DNA from: Naegleria gruberi
Taxonomy: Eukaryota
DNA: 2,504 bases
Direction: 5' to 3' (one strand)
NCBI GenBank assembly: GCA_000004985.1
Contig: GG739258.1
Positions 1-2,504 of this stretch are shown one piece after another. Made by a program: the position numbers and the translations under genes. The notes beneath the pieces are model-generated. The model saw nothing but the letters and a program-made list of their open reading frames with translations, was not told the origin of the DNA and ran no database searches. Position 1 is the first letter of the stretch, and each line of letters begins with the position of its first letter.

Positions 1-194
1 TTTCTGAAATGTTTGGAGGAAAAACCTTAGGTGAGTGGATGAAAAAGTTGTGCTGTCTGATTTGTGAATTGGGGGATGATAAATGGGAAACCAATAAGAA
101 GGAAACAACGACGACGAATCCTACTAAGAGTACAAGTACTGCTACTACTACTGTTGCTGCTGCTTCTGCTGTGGATTCTCAATCAAATGTTTAA
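1..194 (+). CDS. Probable 3' end of an upstream protein-coding gene, 5'-partial at the window edge (alternatively a 61-aa ORF from ATG 9). The C-terminal tail is Thr/Ala/Ser low complexity. Product unknown.
   Basis: The reading frame (codons at 3-5, 6-8, 9-11 ...) is open from the window edge to TAA at 192-194. Yeast-preferred codons are used (ACT, GCT, TCT, GGT, TTG). The translation ends ...ETTTTNPTKSTSTATTTVAAASAVDSQSNV*. A free-standing 61-aa protein with such a tail is less plausible than the C-terminus of a larger protein. I cannot distinguish the two from the sequence alone. Confidence 0.4.
   Translation, partial: SEMFGGKTLGEWMKKLCCLICELGDDKWETNKKETTTTNPTKSTSTATTTVAAASAVDSQSNV
105..170 (+). 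repeat. In-frame trinucleotide microsatellite-like stretch: (ACG)3 at 108-116, (ACT)3 at 144-152, GCT GCT GCT TCT GCT at 156-170. It encodes the Thr/Ala/Ser tail.
   Basis: Direct reading of the sequence. Short perfect triplet runs lie inside the ORF 1 frame. Confidence 0.7.
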
Positions 195-256
195 ACTAGA
201 TACCAATTTTAGACTAACGCTGAAGTAGTGAAAGTTGGCCCAAAAAATTTTTTTTC
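195..256 (+). terminator. Candidate yeast-type 3'-end formation region for the upstream gene (TAG ... TAGT ... T-run pattern).
   Basis: TAG at 197-199, TAGT at 226-229 and a T8 run at 248-255 resemble the tripartite Zaret-Sherman yeast terminator consensus TAG...TA(T)GT...TTT. The region is AT-rich and lies directly downstream of the TAA stop. This is a weak motif-level call only. Confidence 0.2.
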
Positions 257-263
257 AAAAAAA
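242..263. promoter_or_regulatory. Poly(dA:dT) tract A6-T8-C-A7. In yeast such tracts typically act as nucleosome-excluding promoter elements.
   Basis: The sequence reads aaaaaa tttttttt c aaaaaaa, about 155-175 bp upstream of ATG 417. Homopolymeric dA:dT tracts are established nucleosome-depleted-region determinants in yeast promoters. Confidence 0.3.
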
Positions 264-305
264 TGGCAAAGTCAAGAAAAATGGGCAAAAAATGCAAAGT
301 CAGAG
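259..305 (+). repeat. Degenerate direct repeat: AAAAATGGCAAAGTCAAG (259-276) versus AAAAATGGGCAAAAAATGCAAAGTCAGAG (277-305). The 9-mer core GCAAAGTCA occurs at 266-274 and 294-302, 28 bp apart. Possible paired cis-regulatory sites.
   Basis: Seen directly in the sequence. No known factor is assigned to it. Confidence 0.3.
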
Positions 306-349
306 ATTTCCCTCCTTTCAAACCAGCCCGCCAATACCGTTACGAATAA
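263..349 (+). other. Small ORF of 28 codons encoding a highly basic peptide, MAKSRKMGKKCKVRDFPPFKPARQYRYE. Possible upstream ORF or chance ORF.
   Basis: ATG 263-265 sits in the strong context AAAAAAATGG. A second in-frame ATG at 281-283 has the similar context AAAAATGG. The frame stops at TAA 347-349. The ORF is below the length cutoff of the supplied track. Whether it is transcribed is unknown. Confidence 0.12.
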
Positions 350-360
350 AATTTAAATAA
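331..360 (+). promoter_or_regulatory. Candidate core promoter elements for the downstream gene: a CCAAT box at 331-335, in a locally GC-richer patch, and a TATA-like TTTAAATAA at 352-360.
   Basis: The CCAAT pentamer (HAP complex-type site in yeast) and an A/T-rich TATA-like element lie 57-65 bp upstream of ATG 417. The spacing fits yeast TATA-to-start-site distances of 40-120 bp, which implies a very short 5' UTR. Motif-level only. Confidence 0.2.
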
Positions 361-416
361 ATTGAGAAATTTTATTCACCTTAGTATTGAATTCAACACT
401 TAAAAAAATAATTAAC

Positions 417-2504
417 ATGAACACTAACAAGGGTATCGTAGAAAAGTATATTGAAAGTTGTATTGGTTTTATTGAAGATGAAAATAATATTTCTACCAAC
501 AACCGTATCAGAGTACCTCGTAAGCTTTTGGAAAAGTATGACAATCAGGGTTATGGTGTAGAAAGCCAAGTTGCTATTAGCCAAACAGTTGTATCTGTTA
601 TGGAAGATTACATTGTTGATAAAACAAAGAGTGCTCCAATTCACAAAATTCCTCTCCAATTAAACAATCCAAAGTCCACCAAAAGAACAGTTCAAAGAAT
701 TAAGAAGCAGAATAAGGTGTTCATCAAAGACATTCCAAATGAACTGTCTAACTTCTCCAAATTCGTTGGTGCCAAAAGCAAGGACTTGTCTACCTCTATT
801 GATGATATTCTTGCTGAAGGAAGACAGTGTTGTCCTCAACTATTTGACTATCTTAAAACCATTTGCTTGAAGCCTTCTGAAAGAAAGCAAATTCCTGATA
901 GAGTGAAGAACATTCTATCTGTGTGTGTAATGTTATTGGCTAATGCCAGCAACAGAATGGCTACTTGTTTTCCTACAACTCTAGGTGCTGTTCTTTACAG
1001 CAATGGAACAAGTCAACAACTTGTTGATTTGCTTTGCAAGATGGGTATTACTTCATCATACAACACAATTACCAATCAATTAATGGGCTATATTAATAAG
1101 AGACAAGAAGAGTTCAAGAGAAAAAGCAACAATCCCAAGTACTTGCCAATTACCATCTCTGACAACTTCGAAAGGACTGTCAGTGGTAAGTTTTCAATTC
1201 ATAATACCCAAAAGGAAATGATTTCCACCATTACTACACTTGCTCTTGCTCCAGAAGTTGATTTTGATTATAACATTGTTGGTCTTAATGAAGCATTGTT
1301 GTTCTACAGAATGGACTATCCTAAAGCAGAAAGAGAAATGACACAATACGTAGAAGGTATTGTAAAGTCCTTCATGTTGAATTCTGAAAGTTACCTTACA
1401 TCCAATACTACTCACAAAAGAGACTCGTATTTGGAATACGAGTGTTGGCCTTCTTTCTTGGGCAGTGGTAATTCAAATGAGGCAAAGACCATGTATTACA
1501 CTGAACACATCAAACAAGATGTGATGAAAGAAGGTGTTGTTGTTGGTGATCAAGTATTTGCTGCTTTTGTATTAAGAGCTCAACGTCATAGAAAGTTACA
1601 AGAATTCTGGGTTGTTCCAGGTGATTGGCATTTCCATCAAGCCATGATGAGAGCTACTTTAAGACATGGCTGGTTTTTCTTTGCAAGCCTTGTTGAACTA
1701 CTCCAAAGTCGTGTCTCGATTGAAGGTAAAAACTACAACGATACACGAGTATTCCTGGAAACATTTGTTCATGGCATGAATCAATGGCTGATTCAATTAT
1801 TCTCCAACTCCTGTTGCTTTGATTCAGATCCTTCCAAGTGGGATAAATTAATCCAAGAAAAATTCTTCTTGTTTCTCCACAGAATCAGAAGTGAATCTCA
1901 AACTCTTGATGCTTTAATTCATCTCATGGAACTTGGTATTTGTTGTATTATGTTCAAACATAACACAAGACACAACAAAGGAGAAGATCAATACTTCTTG
2001 TACCTGAAAGCTCTGCCATTATTTAATGTTACAAATTCAAGAAATTATTTCCAATTAACTTCATACCATATTAATCAACTTACCTATATTAGAGAGTACA
2101 GCTCAGAATTTTACCAATTCATTGGTAAACACAGAAATTTACCAATATCTCAAAGCAAGTCTGGTAGATCCACAAGATTTGTAGCAGCAGATGAATTTAT
2201 GGAAATGAATCATTCATACATCGAAAATTCCAATATCAATGTTGATCCACTAACATTTCCACTAAACATCCAAAAGAGAATTTATGCTAAAGCACTAGAG
2301 AGAATTGCCATTTCTGGTAACGTGGAACACACTAAGCATTGGCAAATCCAACAAGGACAAATGTATTTCGTTCAAATTATGCTTGAAAGATTGGGTAATA
2401 CTTACTCAGAGGTTATTAATAAGGTTGGTTTTACAGACTGTGTTGTCGATATTTTCAATGGTGAGAAATTCAACAAAACAAAGAAGCAAAGAAGAGGTGT
2501 GGAT
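417..2504 (+). CDS. Large protein-coding gene, 3'-partial: 696 codons inside the window with no stop before the window edge. Product unknown (hypothetical protein). Single exon as far as can be seen.
   Basis: ATG at 417-419 is the first ATG after the in-frame TGA at 363-365. The frame was verified codon by codon to GAT at 2502-2504 with no TAA, TAG or TGA. Codon usage is strongly biased and yeast-like (AGA, GGT, CAA, TTG, CCA, TCT, GCT; GGT far more frequent than GGA, GGC or GGG). The A-rich start context is aaaaaataattaacATGa, with A at -3. Three antisense ORFs over this span are short and AT-driven. There is no GTATGT or TACTAAC intron signal. The translation begins MNTNKGIVEKYIESCIGFIEDENNISTNNRIRVPRKLLEKYDNQGYGVESQ and the window ends ...VGFTDCVVDIFNGEKFNKTKKQRRGVD. 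Confidence 0.85.
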   Translation, partial: MNTNKGIVEKYIESCIGFIEDENNISTNNRIRVPRKLLEKYDNQGYGVESQVAISQTVVSVMEDYIVDKTKSAPIHKIPLQLNNPKSTKRTVQRIKKQNKVFIKDIPNELSNFSKFVGAKSKDLSTSIDDILAEGRQCCPQLFDYLKTICLKPSERKQIPDRVKNILSVCVMLLANASNRMATCFPTTLGAVLYSNGTSQQLVDLLCKMGITSSYNTITNQLMGYINKRQEEFKRKSNNPKYLPITISDNFERTVSGKFSIHNTQKEMISTITTLALAPEVDFDYNIVGLNEALLFYRMDYPKAEREMTQYVEGIVKSFMLNSESYLTSNTTHKRDSYLEYECWPSFLGSGNSNEAKTMYYTEHIKQDVMKEGVVVGDQVFAAFVLRAQRHRKLQEFWVVPGDWHFHQAMMRATLRHGWFFFASLVELLQSRVSIEGKNYNDTRVFLETFVHGMNQWLIQLFSNSCCFDSDPSKWDKLIQEKFFLFLHRIRSESQTLDALIHLMELGICCIMFKHNTRHNKGEDQYFLYLKALPLFNVTNSRNYFQLTSYHINQLTYIREYSSEFYQFIGKHRNLPISQSKSGRSTRFVAADEFMEMNHSYIENSNINVDPLTFPLNIQKRIYAKALERIAISGNVEHTKHWQIQQGQMYFVQIMLERLGNTYSEVINKVGFTDCVVDIFNGEKFNKTKKQRRGVD

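Noticed and set aside
30-36. GGTGAGT resembling a 5' splice donor.
   Set aside because: Budding-yeast introns use an almost invariant GTATGT donor and a TACTAAC branch point. Neither occurs downstream, and the frame reads through cleanly. It is most simply coding sequence (Gly-Glu-Trp).
349-361. Near match to the yeast ARS consensus (WTTTAYRTTTW) in AATTTAAATAAAT.
   Set aside because: It has a mismatch at the Y position and there are no flanking B elements. A/T-rich near-matches are expected by chance in this spacer.
195-416. Prokaryotic reading: two genes in an operon with an intergenic regulatory region, or a defence island.
   Set aside because: There is no Shine-Dalgarno sequence before either ATG. 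The Thr/Ala/Ser low-complexity tail, poly(dA:dT) tract, A-rich Kozak-like context and strong GGT/AGA/CAA/TTG codon bias all point to a yeast nuclear gene pair instead.
422-428. CACTAAC just after the ATG, resembling the yeast branch-point TACTAAC.
   Set aside because: The first base differs and there is no upstream GTATGT donor. It lies in frame (Thr-Asn) within a continuous ORF, so it is not an intron signal.
353-659. Minus-strand ORFs 353..544 (63 aa) and 393..659 (88 aa) from the supplied track.
   Set aside because: They lie antisense to the start of the 696-codon plus-strand ORF and its promoter. Their translations are Ile/Phe/Asn/Leu-rich, as expected for random frames in AT-rich DNA. 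They have no start context and no codon bias, so I treat them as spurious.
1194-1415. Minus-strand ORF 1194..1415 (73 aa) from the supplied track.
   Set aside because: It is fully embedded antisense in the long plus-strand ORF with no supporting signals. I treat it as a chance ORF.
417-2504. Possibility that the large ORF is a transposase or retroelement protein, for example MULE, hAT or KDZ-like. One hint is the W-H pair in PGDWHFHQ, which is superficially like the C-W-H of MULE transposases. A second hint is the VVVGDQV strand-then-Asp pattern.
   Set aside because: No convincing DDE triad spacing is visible, and there is no SWIM or BED zinc finger, no hATC motif and no RT or integrase motifs. 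No terminal inverted repeats or LTR-like repeats are visible in the upstream flank. The resemblance is too weak to call without a profile search, so it is left as something for HHpred to test.
1-2504. Search for tRNA, rRNA, CRISPR repeats, IS elements or LTRs.
   Set aside because: There is no GGTTCGA-type T-loop or cloverleaf candidate and no regularly spaced repeats. Apart from the short motifs already listed, there are no long direct or inverted repeats.

Overview
This 2,504-bp AT-rich window (roughly 35% GC by eye) looks like compact nuclear DNA from a budding yeast (Saccharomycotina-like), not a prokaryotic locus. The signals are eukaryotic and no Shine-Dalgarno sequences are present. Codon usage strongly favours AGA (Arg), GGT (Gly), CAA (Gln), TTG (Leu), CCA (Pro), TCT (Ser) and GCT (Ala). 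The intergenic spacer carries a poly(dA:dT) tract, and the main start codon sits in an A-rich, Kozak-like context. Two same-strand coding regions are present. (1) Positions 1-194 are most likely the 3' end of an upstream gene, ending in a Thr/Ala/Ser low-complexity tail encoded by trinucleotide repeats, with TAA at 192-194. (2) A long uninterrupted ORF starts at ATG 417 and runs off the right edge at 2504. It covers 696 codons with no stop and was checked codon by codon. It is absent from the supplied ORF track, presumably because it has no stop codon inside the window. I do not recognise its product. It shows no obvious reverse-transcriptase, integrase, protease or helicase motifs, no classical zinc-finger motif and no N-terminal hydrophobic signal, so I call it a hypothetical protein. 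A 222-bp spacer (195-416) separates the two genes. The spacer contains a Zaret-Sherman-like terminator pattern, an A6-T8-C-A7 poly(dA:dT) tract, a degenerate direct repeat with the core GCAAAGTCA at 266-274 and 294-302, a CCAAT box and a TATA-like TTTAAATAA. It also holds a 28-codon ORF (263-349) for a very basic peptide, with two in-frame ATGs in strong Kozak context. No tRNA, rRNA, CRISPR array, IS element, LTR or TIR is detectable. I cannot support any defence-system or operon-type claim from this sequence. The most interesting item is the large unrecognised ORF, which is a candidate orphan or lineage-specific gene.
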